A stretch of DNA of 64,000 nucleotides from Vulcanimicrobiota bacterium (GCA_963733295.1 CAVTCS010000003.1:928001-992000), one strand, 5' to 3'; positions 9,681-19,799 are shown, numbered from the stretch's first letter. Numbers and translations are program-made. The notes: generated from the sequence alone by a model not told the origin.

Positions 9681-10937
9681 ATGCGCTCCCGCATCTCGGC
9701 CCGGACGACGACGACCTTAGCGCTCATCCTAGGATTGCTGGTCGCGTTCACGTGGGCCACGTACCTGGCGTACTGGGCAGGTATCGACGTGAGCAACGCG
9801 TTCGACTACCAATCGGCGGTCGTTTCGGCGCAACGCGACGTCGAACTTCTGCGCGTCGAGCAATTCGACCGCAAAGCGCCGCCCGAGGAGTTGCGTCCGT
9901 ACGAGAAGCTCCTCGACACCGACTTGGAACGCATCAACCGAGCCGCCTCCACGCCGGACGAGCGCGCTCCCGCCTATGCTTTTCCCGCGAGCCGGGCGGA
10001 CGATGAAAATCTTGCGGGAGAGTTGCGCGATCTCGAGGATCGCGGCAGCGCGCGTTTCGCGAAGACGGTAAAGGAGAACACCCAGACGCGCGACGTTTCG
10101 AACGCACTGTTCGCGCTCGTGGCGTTGCTCTTCGTGATGGTGCAAGGGCGCCTGCGCCGGCGCATCGAGGAGGGCCGTTCGCTCGTCGAACGCTTGCAGC
10201 GGGCGTTCATCAGCAGCCGCCGCGAACTGCGCAACGTCGACGCCGGCAGCGTCTTGATTTCGGCAACGCGCGGCTCCAACGTCGGAGGGGACGTTTACGA
10301 CCTCTTTACCTTCGACCGTCGCCGCGGGATGTTCATGGTGGCCGACGTCAGTGGAAAGGGCATCGACGCCGCCGTCGACACCGCGCTGATCAAATTCTCG
10401 CTGCGCACGCTGTTGCGTGAGGACGGAGACCCCGGCCGCGCCCTCTCGAAGTTCGGTTCGCTCTACGCGCAGAGCGCCGAGAATCCGGAAAGCTTCGTCG
10501 TCATTTTCCTGGGCGTGATCGACCTCGACACGGGTACCGTGCGCTACGCGTCGGCCGGTCACGAGCCCGCCTGGGTCGTCTTCGGCCACAACGTGCGCTC
10601 GCTGCAACCGACCGGTCCGATCGTCGGCATCGACGCCGACGCCCAGTACGATACGCACACGATCCTGCTGCGCCCGGGCGACGGCATCGTCGTCAGCACC
10701 GACGGCCTCACCGAATCGCGCGATCCGAAGGGCGAACTGCTCGGCGCCGACGGCGTGGCGCACTGGCTGAGCGAGATCGAAGGCGACGCGCAGACGGTCG
10801 CCGACACGATCGTCGAGCGCTTGCGCGAGCGGAGTTCGGGCATCGCCGACGACTTGGCGATCTTGGTCGTTCGCTATGCGCCGCGGGTCGTTCGGGCCGC
10901 GCGAACCGCCGCTCCCGCGGTCGCCGCAGGCTCGTGA
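9681..10937 (+). CDS. membrane PP2C/SpoIIE-type Ser/Thr phosphatase
   Basis: Two TM helices; VGGDVYD, ADVSGKG, SAGHEP, STDGLTE, DDLAIL. Confidence 0.88.
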   Translation: MRSRISARTTTTLALILGLLVAFTWATYLAYWAGIDVSNAFDYQSAVVSAQRDVELLRVEQFDRKAPPEELRPYEKLLDTDLERINRAASTPDERAPAYAFPASRADDENLAGELRDLEDRGSARFAKTVKENTQTRDVSNALFALVALLFVMVQGRLRRRIEEGRSLVERLQRAFISSRRELRNVDAGSVLISATRGSNVGGDVYDLFTFDRRRGMFMVADVSGKGIDAAVDTALIKFSLRTLLREDGDPGRALSKFGSLYAQSAENPESFVVIFLGVIDLDTGTVRYASAGHEPAWVVFGHNVRSLQPTGPIVGIDADAQYDTHTILLRPGDGIVVSTDGLTESRDPKGELLGADGVAHWLSEIEGDAQTVADTIVERLRERSSGIADDLAILVVRYAPRVVRAARTAAPAVAAGS

Positions 10938-11761
10938 AAGAACTCGCGGTTCGCTTGCGCACCGCGATGCTGACCGGCCGCCGTCGCCCCGGCGTGCGCG
11001 GCGCGGGGGCTCCGGTCAAGCGCCGTTCGGACGGATACGAGTTCGCCGAACTGCGGGGTTACGTTCCCGGCGACGATCCGCGCCGCATCGATTGGGCCGC
11101 AACCGCGCGCGCGGGCGCACTGCAGACCCGCGTCGTTTTTGAAGATCACGCGCTCACGCTGGCCGCGGCGCTTGACGCCGCGCCCTCGATGTTCGTGGGC
11201 CGGACGCGCAGCAACTACGATTTGGCCGGAGAGGCCGCGGCGGTTTGGTACGGCGCCGCGATCGATGACGACCGCTGCGCTCGCGTCGAGGACGGACGCC
11301 TGGTCTTCGTGCCGGGTTTGCGCGGGCGCACCGCGGCCCGGCTCTGCACCGAGCGGCGAGAAACGCGCGGCGCCTCGTTCGCGAACGCTCTCGACACCGC
11401 GCTTGCCGTTCTCCCGCGGGACGCGCACCTGCTGATCGTTTCCGACTTCCTGCAGTTCGACGCGCTCGAACCCCGGCTGCGCGCCTGCGCCGCGCGCTTC
11501 GAGTCGACCGCGATGCTGACGCGCGACCCCTGGCATGCCGGACTCCCGCTCGGGGGTTTCGTTCGCTTTCGCGATGCCGCGAGCGGCACGACGGCACGCG
11601 CCTACGTCGGAAAGAACGCCCGGGCTCGTTACGTTGAGGCCGTCGCCGCGCGCGAGCGACGTATCTTGCACGCGCTCCACGACTGCGGTTTGCGAGTCGG
11701 AGAGATCGACGAGACGAACGTCGCGGACGCGCTCTTCGAGGCGTTCGGTTTAGTGGCCTGA
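10934..11761 (+). CDS. DUF58 family protein
   Basis: GYEFAELRGYVPGDDPRRIDWAATAR. Confidence 0.88.
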   Translation: MKELAVRLRTAMLTGRRRPGVRGAGAPVKRRSDGYEFAELRGYVPGDDPRRIDWAATARAGALQTRVVFEDHALTLAAALDAAPSMFVGRTRSNYDLAGEAAAVWYGAAIDDDRCARVEDGRLVFVPGLRGRTAARLCTERRETRGASFANALDTALAVLPRDAHLLIVSDFLQFDALEPRLRACAARFESTAMLTRDPWHAGLPLGGFVRFRDAASGTTARAYVGKNARARYVEAVAARERRILHALHDCGLRVGEIDETNVADALFEAFGLVA

Positions 11762-12684
11762 TGTCGTTCGCGCATCCGCAGCTCGCGCTCTTCGGAATCC
11801 TCGCGCTCGGTCTGTTCGCCTGGCTCTACGCGAAACTAGAACGAAGCCGCAGAGCGCAGGCGCTGCTGTATTCGAACGTCGCCTTCGCGCTCGAGAGCAT
11901 GCACCCGTCGCGCTGGCCGGGCCGGCTGTTGTATGCGATTTGGCTGATCGGCGCCGGCGCGCTCGCGCTGGCGCTTTCCGGACCGCGCTTCGTGACGCAC
12001 GTTCCGACCCGGGATGCCACGGTCATGATCTGCATCGACACCTCGGGCTCGATGCGGGCACTCGACATCGAGCCGACGCGCGGCGAGGCCGCCAAGGCGG
12101 CCGCGCACGAATTCGTCGACGACGTTCCGGCGGGGACGCGCGTCGGACTCGTAACGTTCTCTTCGGCCGCCGAACTGATCCAGCCGCCGACCGACGACCT
12201 CGATGCGGTGCGCGCTGCAATCGACCGGATCCCGTTGCCCGACGGCGGCACCGCAATCGGGGACGCGCTGCAAGTGGCCTGGCAAGCGATGCCGCAAACC
12301 GGGACGCGGGTGATCGTCTTGTTGACCGACGGCGTCAACAACCGCGGGATCGATCCGGTCGGCGCTTCGCAGCAGATCGGGTCGAAGGGCATCTCGATTT
12401 ACACGGTCGGCATCGGCACGCGCGGCAGCGGCATGATCATCCCGGGAACGAGTGAAGAAGCCGACATCGACGAGGTTGCGCTGCGCGCGATCGCCGCGAA
12501 CGGGAATGGGACGTACACCGAAGCGCGGGACGCATCCGGGCTCCAGGGAACGTTCCGCCATCTCGCGCTGCAAACGGTTTGGGAGCGCAAGCACGTCGAC
12601 GGGAGCGTTCCGATCGCGCTCGGCGGAGGATTTCTCGTCATCCTCGCGTTTCTCGCGGGAATCGGACTCGGGCGAGTTCCCTAG
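11761..12684 (+). CDS. VWA domain membrane protein (BatA-like)
   Basis: MIDAS DTSGSM, GTAIGDAL, LLTDGVNN; N- and C-terminal TM helices. Confidence 0.9.
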   Translation: MSFAHPQLALFGILALGLFAWLYAKLERSRRAQALLYSNVAFALESMHPSRWPGRLLYAIWLIGAGALALALSGPRFVTHVPTRDATVMICIDTSGSMRALDIEPTRGEAAKAAAHEFVDDVPAGTRVGLVTFSSAAELIQPPTDDLDAVRAAIDRIPLPDGGTAIGDALQVAWQAMPQTGTRVIVLLTDGVNNRGIDPVGASQQIGSKGISIYTVGIGTRGSGMIIPGTSEEADIDEVALRAIAANGNGTYTEARDASGLQGTFRHLALQTVWERKHVDGSVPIALGGGFLVILAFLAGIGLGRVP

Positions 12685-12729
12685 CGGGGCGAGCGAGGCA
12701 GGTGGTACCGTCCGGTCGAAACTGCCGGG

Positions 12730-13353
12730 GTGCCGACGACCGTGATGGGCTTTTACGAATTGGACGCGGCCCCGCAGCGCGGTTTCACCGGAACCCTCGC
12801 GGAGCGCTTGGGCGCGGCGACCGGCGATCCGGACTTCATCGACGGCTCGCTGTTCGTGCGTTCCGACAACGCGGCCGTCGTGATCAGCCTGCAGCACGAC
12901 TCGAGCGAGGAAGCTTGGCTCGACCGGCCCCTCGTCGCGGCCCTGATCCAGAGTGCGGAGTGGCGTTCGCGCGCCTACGACTTGCGCGGTTACCGTACTT
13001 TGACGCACCCGTCCGGTGGCGCAATTCCGGATGAGGCCGTCTTCACGATTCAAAGCTTCGATACACCGGCGGCGGCGCAAAACGAATTGACCAGCGCCCT
13101 CGTAGCGTTCGTGCAGCGGTTCGCGCGCCCGATCTCCGGGTTTCTGGATTCCGAGATTCTAGCGAGCGAGGATGGCGCGCGGTCCGTGTGGATCGCACCG
13201 TGGGCGCACGAGGCTGCGCTCGCCGCGCTCGAGACGCCCGAGTCTTTTTCGGCGATGCGGGGTTTTACGCGTCTGGCATCGCAGCGCGCGTTCGGGACGT
13301 TCGAGCGCGTTTCGTACGTTCGCGGCGCGCGAGGCGGCGCGACAGCGCACTAG
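12730..13353 (+). CDS. hypothetical protein, possible antibiotic-biosynthesis-monooxygenase-like dimeric barrel
   Basis: Two similar halves; PISGFLDSEILASEDGARSVWIAPW resembles the ABM fold. Confidence 0.5.
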   Translation: MPTTVMGFYELDAAPQRGFTGTLAERLGAATGDPDFIDGSLFVRSDNAAVVISLQHDSSEEAWLDRPLVAALIQSAEWRSRAYDLRGYRTLTHPSGGAIPDEAVFTIQSFDTPAAAQNELTSALVAFVQRFARPISGFLDSEILASEDGARSVWIAPWAHEAALAALETPESFSAMRGFTRLASQRAFGTFERVSYVRGARGGATAH

Positions 13354-13787
13354 CCGGGCGCGGGCAAGCGGGCGCAGATCTCGAGCTTCGTGCCGGCGGG
13401 ATCTTCGAAGAAAACGGCGGGGTACGAGTCGAGATCCGCCGAGGGTTCGACGAGGCATGCACCGAGCGCGCGAAGCCGTTCGAGCCAGGCGTTCGCGTCG
13501 AACGGGCCGGCCCCGCGAAAGGCGATACGCGTCGCCGGAGGGTCGTGCTGCGGATCTTCGATGAACCCGATGAAGCGGGCGGTCCGGCCGGCGACGAACG
13601 GTTCGAAATACTCGATCGCGTTATGGCGACCGCCGGCCGGAAGGTCGGTCCACTCATCCCCCTCGACGAGCGCGTACGACTTCCGCGGCAAACCGAGCAG
13701 CGGCATGAGCGCGTCGTAAAAAACCTCGACCGCGGAAAGCGAGCGCACGCGCACGTCGATGTGGTCGAATCCTGCGAACTCCGGCAT
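13350..13787 (-). CDS. VOC/glyoxalase family protein
   Basis: FDHIDVRV, FYDAL, YPAVFFEDPAGTKLEIC. Confidence 0.8.
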   Translation of the reverse strand: MPEFAGFDHIDVRVRSLSAVEVFYDALMPLLGLPRKSYALVEGDEWTDLPAGGRHNAIEYFEPFVAGRTARFIGFIEDPQHDPPATRIAFRGAGPFDANAWLERLRALGACLVEPSADLDSYPAVFFEDPAGTKLEICARLPAPG

Positions 13788-13827
13788 GCGGGGAGTTTCC
13801 GGCGCTCGCGGGGAGAATCCGCCAAAC

Positions 13828-14472
13828 GTGGAGTCCGACGTGGTCCGTAGCGGGCGGCACGACCTCGAAGCCGGTGCGCTCGACGAGAGCGACGTCGCGG
13901 CCGAGCCGTTCCTGCAATTTCACGCGTGGCTCGAAACGGCGCTCGCCGCGCAGGTGCTCGATCCGCACGCGATGAGCCTTGCGACCTCCGACGCGGCGGG
14001 CAGGCCGTCCGCGCGAATCGTGCTGCTGCGGGGCTACGACCCCCGAGGTTTCGTTTTCTTCACGAATTACGATAGCCGCAAAGGGCGCGAGCTCGCCGCG
14101 CGGCCCGATGCCGCCGCGCTGTTTTTCTGGCCTTCACTGCAGCGTCAAATTCGGATCGAAGGTTCGGTCGAACGGGTCGCTCCCGCTGAGTCGGACGCGT
14201 ACTTCGCATCGCGCCCGCGAGGTCACCGGCTGAGCGCTTGGGCCTCGCCGCAAAGTGAGGTGATCGCAAACCGCGAGGTGCTCGAGACGCGCATGCGCGA
14301 GACGGAACGCCGTTTCGAGGGTGTCGACGTCCCGAGGCCGCCGAATTGGGGCGGCTTGCGCCTCGTCCCGCGCGAGTTCGAGTTCTGGCAGGGCCGTCGC
14401 AATCGCGTGCACGATCGCATCCTGTACGAGCGCGAAGAAGGCGGCTGGAGGAGAGCGCGCCTCGCGCCGTAA
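13828..14472 (+). CDS. pdxH: pyridoxamine 5'-phosphate oxidase
   Basis: AMSLAT..GRPSARIVLL, FFTNYDSRKG, EFWQGRRNRVHDR; start approximate. Confidence 0.92.
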   Translation: MESDVVRSGRHDLEAGALDESDVAAEPFLQFHAWLETALAAQVLDPHAMSLATSDAAGRPSARIVLLRGYDPRGFVFFTNYDSRKGRELAARPDAAALFFWPSLQRQIRIEGSVERVAPAESDAYFASRPRGHRLSAWASPQSEVIANREVLETRMRETERRFEGVDVPRPPNWGGLRLVPREFEFWQGRRNRVHDRILYEREEGGWRRARLAP

Positions 14473-14504
14473 GCTACGTCTCACCGCACACAAGGAGAAT
14501 CGCT

Positions 14505-14921
14505 CTGAAACGATACGCCTTCTTTCTTACTGCAGCGGCGCTGCTCGCGTTCGCCGCAATCGTGCCGCACGGACAGTCGCTTTCGATCGCGGATGCCGCG
14601 GCGCCGAACGGCAGCGCGATTTTCAACTCGAAATGTGCCACGTGCCACCAGCCGAACGGGACGGGATTGCCCGGCGCGTTTCCACCGCTCGCGAAGAATC
14701 CCGTGGTTACGGGCGACCCCAAAAAAGTAATAAAGATCGTCCTGAACGGTTTGACCGGCTCGGTCAGCGTCGCCGGCAAGACCTACAACGGCAGCATGCC
14801 GGCCTGGAAGGGCCAGCTCTCGAACGCGGAGATCGCCGCGGTGCTCACCTACGTCCGCTCTTCGTGGGGCAACAAAGCCTCGGCGGTTACCGAAGCGCAG
14901 GTCGCCGCCGGCGCGAAGTAG
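14505..14921 (+). CDS. secreted monoheme cytochrome c (probable CTG start)
   Basis: CATCH haem motif, GAFPPLA, YNGSMPAW; AAGGAG 7 nt before CTG AAA CGA; signal peptide follows. Confidence 0.85.
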   Translation: MKRYAFFLTAAALLAFAAIVPHGQSLSIADAAAPNGSAIFNSKCATCHQPNGTGLPGAFPPLAKNPVVTGDPKKVIKIVLNGLTGSVSVAGKTYNGSMPAWKGQLSNAEIAAVLTYVRSSWGNKASAVTEAQVAAGAK

Positions 14922-14952
14922 CCGGAGGGCCTTGCCCCGAAACTGAGCGCGA

Positions 14953-15636
14953 ATGAAGATCGGTATCGTCGGCTCCGGAAATGTGGGCCGCTCGCTGGGC
15001 GTTCTGTGGGCGGAACACGGGCACGATGTGTTCTTCGGCTCGCGTGACCTCGACCGAGCGGAAACAGCCGCCGGCTTCACCCGCAACGCGTCGTTCGGCA
15101 GCAACGCCGAGGCTGCCGAGTTCGGCGAGGCGATCTTATGGACGCTCCGCTCCGTTCCGGCGCAGGAGGCGCTCGGCGATCCGGAACTTCTGGCCGGCAA
15201 AGTCGTCATCGACCCGAACAACGCGCCGTTGCGCGAGGACATGCGTCTCGGCCCCGCCGAGGACGTGCCGTCGCTGGCGGAACGGCTCGCGCTCGACGTG
15301 CCGAAGGCGCGGGTCGTCAAGGCCTTCAACATGCTGCCCATCGAGATCTTCGAGCTGTCTCCTACGCCGCTGCGCGACTACGCCGTGTCGGTGTTTCTCG
15401 CGGGCGACGACGCCGAGGCGAAGGCGATCGTCTCGCGCCTGGCGCGGAAGATCGGTCTGCTACCGCTGGACTGCGGGCCTCTCAAAGCCGCGCGGATGAT
15501 CGAAGGTCTCGCGGACTTCGTCCGTTACATGGGCGTAACGATGGGCCAAGGCTCGTATACGGCCCTCTCGTTGCATGCACTGCCGACTGCGAAAAGCCAA
15601 CGTCTCGGCGGACGCACCCCGTCCGAACTCGCCTAA
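14953..15636 (+). CDS. NAD(P)-binding oxidoreductase (F420-dependent NADP reductase-like family)
   Basis: MKIGIVGSGNVG, GSRD, KVVIDPNN, VVKAFN, AGDDAEAK. Confidence 0.8.
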   Translation: MKIGIVGSGNVGRSLGVLWAEHGHDVFFGSRDLDRAETAAGFTRNASFGSNAEAAEFGEAILWTLRSVPAQEALGDPELLAGKVVIDPNNAPLREDMRLGPAEDVPSLAERLALDVPKARVVKAFNMLPIEIFELSPTPLRDYAVSVFLAGDDAEAKAIVSRLARKIGLLPLDCGPLKAARMIEGLADFVRYMGVTMGQGSYTALSLHALPTAKSQRLGGRTPSELA

Positions 15637-15693
15637 GGCCGGACTGAGGATGCGCTGAGGGCGTCCCAAAAGAGGCCCCGATTCCCGGACCGC

Positions 15694-15699
15694 TAAACT
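15694..15699 (+). promoter_or_regulatory. putative -10 box for a leaderless carB mRNA
   Basis: TAAACT 6 nt before the carB GTG; no SD. Confidence 0.45.
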
Positions 15700-15705
15700 C
15701 GCGCC

Positions 15706-18700
15706 GTGCCCCGTCGCCGTAACGTGCTCGTGATCGGGTCCGGTCCGATCGTCATCGGACAGGCCGCCGAGTTTGACTATGCCGGCGTTCAGGCGTGCCG
15801 CGCGTTGCGCGACGAAGGCCACCGCGTCGTGCTGGTCAACTCAAACCCGGCGACGATTATGACCGACGAGGAGGTCGCCGACGCCGTCTACCTCGAGCCG
15901 CTGACGGCGGCCTCCGTCGAGGCCATCATCGAACGCGAGCGGCCCGACTCGCTGCTGCCGACGCTCGGCGGACAGACCGGTCTCAACCTTGCGGTCGACT
16001 TGTACGAAAGCGGCGCGATCGAGCGCTACGGCATCGAACTGTTGGGAACGCCGGTCGCAACGATTGCGCTGGCCGAGGATCGCGCCAAGTTCAAGGATGC
16101 GATGCTGGCGATCGGCGAGCCGGTGCCACCCAGCGCGATCGTAACGGACGTCGAGAGCGGCGTCGCGTTCGCGCGCGAGGCCGGCTATCCGGTGGTCGTG
16201 CGTCCGGCCTACACGCTGGGCGGCACCGGCGGCGGCGTCGTGCGCAACGAGAGCGAGCTGCGCGGAACGCTCGCGACCGGGCTCTCCGTGTCGCTCATCC
16301 ATCAAGCCCTGGTCGAGACCTCACTTTTGGGCTGGAAGGAAATCGAGTACGAAGTCCTGCGCGACAGTGCGGACAACTGCATCATCGTCTGTAACATGGA
16401 GAATATCGATCCGGTCGGCGTGCATACCGGCGATTCGATCGTCGTCGCGCCGTCGCTGACGCTTTCGGACGCCGAATATCAAATGCTGCGCAGCGCGAGC
16501 TTGAACGTGATTCGAGCGCTGAAGGTCGAAGGCGGGTGCAATATCCAGTTCGCCCTGCATCCGCAACGCAGCGAATACAACATCATCGAGGTAAACCCGC
16601 GCGTCAGCCGGAGTTCGGCGCTCGCTTCGAAAGCGACCGGCTACCCGATCGCCAAGATCGCGACCAAGATCGCGTTAGGCATGACGCTCGACCAGATCGA
16701 GAACCCGGTCACCGGCGTCACCAAAGCAGCCTACGAGCCGACCCTCGACTACGTCGTGGTCAAAATCCCACGTTGGCCTTTCGACAAGTTTCCCCGCGCC
16801 GACACGCGCCTGGGAACGCAGATGAAGTCGACCGGTGAGGCGATGGGGATCGGGCGCACGTTCGGCGCCGCTTTGATGAAAGCGGTGCGTGGGCTCGATC
16901 TCGGCCGCGAAACGTTGACCGGCACTTCGCTCGAGAACTGGAGTGACGACGAGCTCGAAGCAGCCTACACCGCGCCGACGCACGAGCGCCTCTTCGCTCT
17001 CGCGCAAGCGCTCCGCCGCGGCGCTCGACCGGAGAGCCTCAGCGCGGCATCCACGATCGATCCCTTCTGGCTCTGGGAATTCGCCGAGCTGGTCGACCTC
17101 GAAGAGCGCTTACGCAACGCCCCGAACCCCGAGGAGCTGCGCCGGGCGCTCGCCTCGGGCTATTCGCAAGCCGGCATCGCCAAGCTCACCGATTCGAGCG
17201 GCAACGTTTCGCTTTGGAACCAGACGCAGCTTGCCGCCGGCGAGGATGCGCGAAGCGTCGCCAGTTTTCGAATGGTCGATACGGCCGCCGCCGAGTTTCC
17301 CGCGCGCTCGCCCTACTATTATCTTTCGCGCTACGAGCACGACGAGATGCGACCGCCGGGAGGCCCAGCGATTGTCGTCGTCGGCAGCGGGCCCATTCGC
17401 ATCGGACAAGGCATCGAGTTCGACTACTCGTGCGTGCACGCAGCCTGGGCGTTGCGCGCGGCCGGGCGCGCCGCCGTCGTCGTCAACAACAATCCCGAGA
17501 CGGTCTCAACCGATTTCGACGTCTCCGACGTGCTGGTCTTCGAGCCGCCGGGCGCCGACGAAGTCGAGGCCGCGTACGCGGCGACGGGTGCCGACGGCGT
17601 GCTGCTCGCCTTCGGGGGACAGACGTCGATCAACCTCGCGGCGGAGTTGAGCGGACGTGGCGTGCGCATCATCGGGAGCGATCGCAAGAGCCTCGAGATG
17701 GCCGAAGATCGCGAGCAATTCGAAGCGGCGCTGGAACGCCTCGGCGTCGCGCGTCCGCGCGGCCGGGCGGCCGGATCTTTCCGCCAGGCGCGCAGCATCG
17801 CTCGCGAACTGGGTTTTCCGGTGCTCGTGCGGCCGTCCTTCGTGCTCGGCGGACGCGGCATGGAAATCGTTTACAACGAAGGCCAACTCGCCTCATACGT
17901 CGAGACCGCGCCGCCCGTTACGCCCGGCAAACCGCTCCTCGTCGACAAGTATCTGCGCGGACTCGAAGTCGAAGTCGATGCCGTCTACGATGGCGAGGAC
18001 ATTCTCGTTCCGGGAATTTTCGAGCACATCGAGCGGGCCGGAATCCACTCCGGCGATTCGATCAGCGTTTATCCGCCGCAGACGTTGGACGCCGAGATGC
18101 AGCATCGCATCCTCGAGGTCACGCGTGCCATCGCGCGCGAACTGCAGACGCGCGGCTCGATCAACATCCAGTTCGTCGTCCACGAAGGCGAGCCGTACAT
18201 CATCGAGGCGAATCCGCGTGCGAGCCGGACCGTTCCGATCATCTCGAAAGCGACGGGGGTGAATCTGGTCGCCGCCGCCGTGCGCGTCGCGCTGGGTGAG
18301 AAGTTGCGCGACATGCCGTACGGAACGGGTCTGCTCGAGCCGATGCCGTTCGTCGTGGTCAAAGTTCCGGTGTTCTCGTTCGCAAAAATGCGCGGCGTCG
18401 AAACGATCCTTGGGCCGGAGATGAAGTCGACCGGCGAGGTCCTGGGAATCGACGTCGGGTTCGCCGGTGCGCTGCGCAAGGGATTCATCGCAGCCGGCTT
18501 GCGCGTGCCCGACCCCTCCGATCCCGCCAGGCGCGGGCGCATCTTAGTCTCGATCTCGGACGAAGAGAAGACCGAGTCGGTGCCGATCTTGCGGCGCTAT
18601 GCCGAACTCGGGTTCACGCTCGTCGCGACGGCCGGCACGCACGCTCTGCTGATCGAGCACGGAATCGTAGCCGAACGCATCAACAAGATCTCCGAAGGCT

Positions 18701-18951
18701 CGCCGCACGTGCTCGACGCGATCGAGGCGCGTTCGGTCGACATGGTGATCAACAACGCGATGGCCGAGCGAGCGATCAACGACGGCTATCGCATCCGGCG
18801 TGCGGCGGTCGAAAGCAGCATCGCGTGCCTAACGAGCCTCGACACCGCCCGCGCGCTCGCCGAAGCACTGGGATCGAGCGCCGGGCCGCCGCGTTCGCTC
18901 CAAGAATACCGCGCGATGAGCGCGGCTCCCCAAGCGATAGGTTCGCTCTAG
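15706..18951 (+). CDS. carB: carbamoyl-phosphate synthase large subunit
   Basis: GSGPIVIGQAAEFDY, two ATP-grasp repeats, C-terminal MGS domain. Confidence 0.97.
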   Translation: MPRRRNVLVIGSGPIVIGQAAEFDYAGVQACRALRDEGHRVVLVNSNPATIMTDEEVADAVYLEPLTAASVEAIIERERPDSLLPTLGGQTGLNLAVDLYESGAIERYGIELLGTPVATIALAEDRAKFKDAMLAIGEPVPPSAIVTDVESGVAFAREAGYPVVVRPAYTLGGTGGGVVRNESELRGTLATGLSVSLIHQALVETSLLGWKEIEYEVLRDSADNCIIVCNMENIDPVGVHTGDSIVVAPSLTLSDAEYQMLRSASLNVIRALKVEGGCNIQFALHPQRSEYNIIEVNPRVSRSSALASKATGYPIAKIATKIALGMTLDQIENPVTGVTKAAYEPTLDYVVVKIPRWPFDKFPRADTRLGTQMKSTGEAMGIGRTFGAALMKAVRGLDLGRETLTGTSLENWSDDELEAAYTAPTHERLFALAQALRRGARPESLSAASTIDPFWLWEFAELVDLEERLRNAPNPEELRRALASGYSQAGIAKLTDSSGNVSLWNQTQLAAGEDARSVASFRMVDTAAAEFPARSPYYYLSRYEHDEMRPPGGPAIVVVGSGPIRIGQGIEFDYSCVHAAWALRAAGRAAVVVNNNPETVSTDFDVSDVLVFEPPGADEVEAAYAATGADGVLLAFGGQTSINLAAELSGRGVRIIGSDRKSLEMAEDREQFEAALERLGVARPRGRAAGSFRQARSIARELGFPVLVRPSFVLGGRGMEIVYNEGQLASYVETAPPVTPGKPLLVDKYLRGLEVEVDAVYDGEDILVPGIFEHIERAGIHSGDSISVYPPQTLDAEMQHRILEVTRAIARELQTRGSINIQFVVHEGEPYIIEANPRASRTVPIISKATGVNLVAAAVRVALGEKLRDMPYGTGLLEPMPFVVVKVPVFSFAKMRGVETILGPEMKSTGEVLGIDVGFAGALRKGFIAAGLRVPDPSDPARRGRILVSISDEEKTESVPILRRYAELGFTLVATAGTHALLIEHGIVAERINKISEGSPHVLDAIEARSVDMVINNAMAERAINDGYRIRRAAVESSIACLTSLDTARALAEALGSSAGPPRSLQEYRAMSAAPQAIGSL

Positions 18952-19364
18952 CCTCCCATCCCGTTTCGCAGTTTGCGTGGAATGACGGCTTTGAGCGCCG
19001 TATGCGAATCCGAGAAGGCGACGACTTTGATGTCGACGAGGCCGGCCGCGAGGAGTGCTTCGCGCACGCTCCGCTCCGGGAGCGGCGCCGCTTTGCCTTT
19101 GCGATAGATGAGCCAGAGCGCCCCGGCCGCTTCGAGGTGGTCGCGGAGTTTCTGGATCGCCGCGAGATCGCGCTCGGCCTCGAAGCCGCGCAAGATTGCG
19201 TCGAATCGCCCGCGGGCCGCTTTGGCCGGCGGCGCACCGAGACGGCCGGCGAGTTCGAGTTCGAATTCCGCATCCGGCACGGCCAGCGTGCAGACGCGCA
19301 TGCCGGTTTTGATTCCGAGCTTGTCCAGCCGCGACTTCAGGCTGCAAAAGGCTTCGCGGCCCAA
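18948..19364 (-). CDS. DUF3052-like hypothetical protein
   Basis: LDKLGIK, GALWLIYRKG, AGLVDIKVVAF. Confidence 0.7.
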   Translation of the reverse strand: MGREAFCSLKSRLDKLGIKTGMRVCTLAVPDAEFELELAGRLGAPPAKAARGRFDAILRGFEAERDLAAIQKLRDHLEAAGALWLIYRKGKAAPLPERSVREALLAAGLVDIKVVAFSDSHTALKAVIPRKLRNGMGG

Positions 19365-19799
19365 TCAATCCTCAGCCGGGGCTAACGAAGCGGACCTGAC
19401 ATCGAGCAGGTAGCCGTCGATGGCGCGTTCCCGGTTCAAGATGAAGCGCGCCGCAAAACGGACCAAGGGATTTGAGATCGTGTAGTTCTCGACGATCGTC
19501 AAGCGCGTTCCGTCGCCGAACGGCTCGAGCTCGTAGATCCACTCACCCCGAAAAGGGAGCGTCATATCGACCACGGTCGTGCGCAGGCGGCGCGGCGGAG
19601 CGCTCTCGGCGATGGCGTACGCGCCGTCGTTGCGGCGGCTGAATTCCGCCAGCACGACCGGCCACAAGCGCTCGATAGCCGTTGGATAAGCTTCGGATCT
19701 CGTCGTGCTATGCGACGAAGGGAGCAGCGCGCCGACGGCGAGTGGTGCGAGGACCAGCGCGCCTGCCGCACCCGCAAGCGCAGGCCAGCGACGTTTCAT
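19365..19799 (-). CDS. SRPBCC/polyketide-cyclase-like protein with N-terminal anchor
   Basis: PPRRLRT..FRGEWIYELEPFGDGTRLTIVE; ATG 19799. Confidence 0.65.
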   Translation of the reverse strand: MKRRWPALAGAAGALVLAPLAVGALLPSSHSTTRSEAYPTAIERLWPVVLAEFSRRNDGAYAIAESAPPRRLRTTVVDMTLPFRGEWIYELEPFGDGTRLTIVENYTISNPLVRFAARFILNRERAIDGYLLDVRSASLAPAED

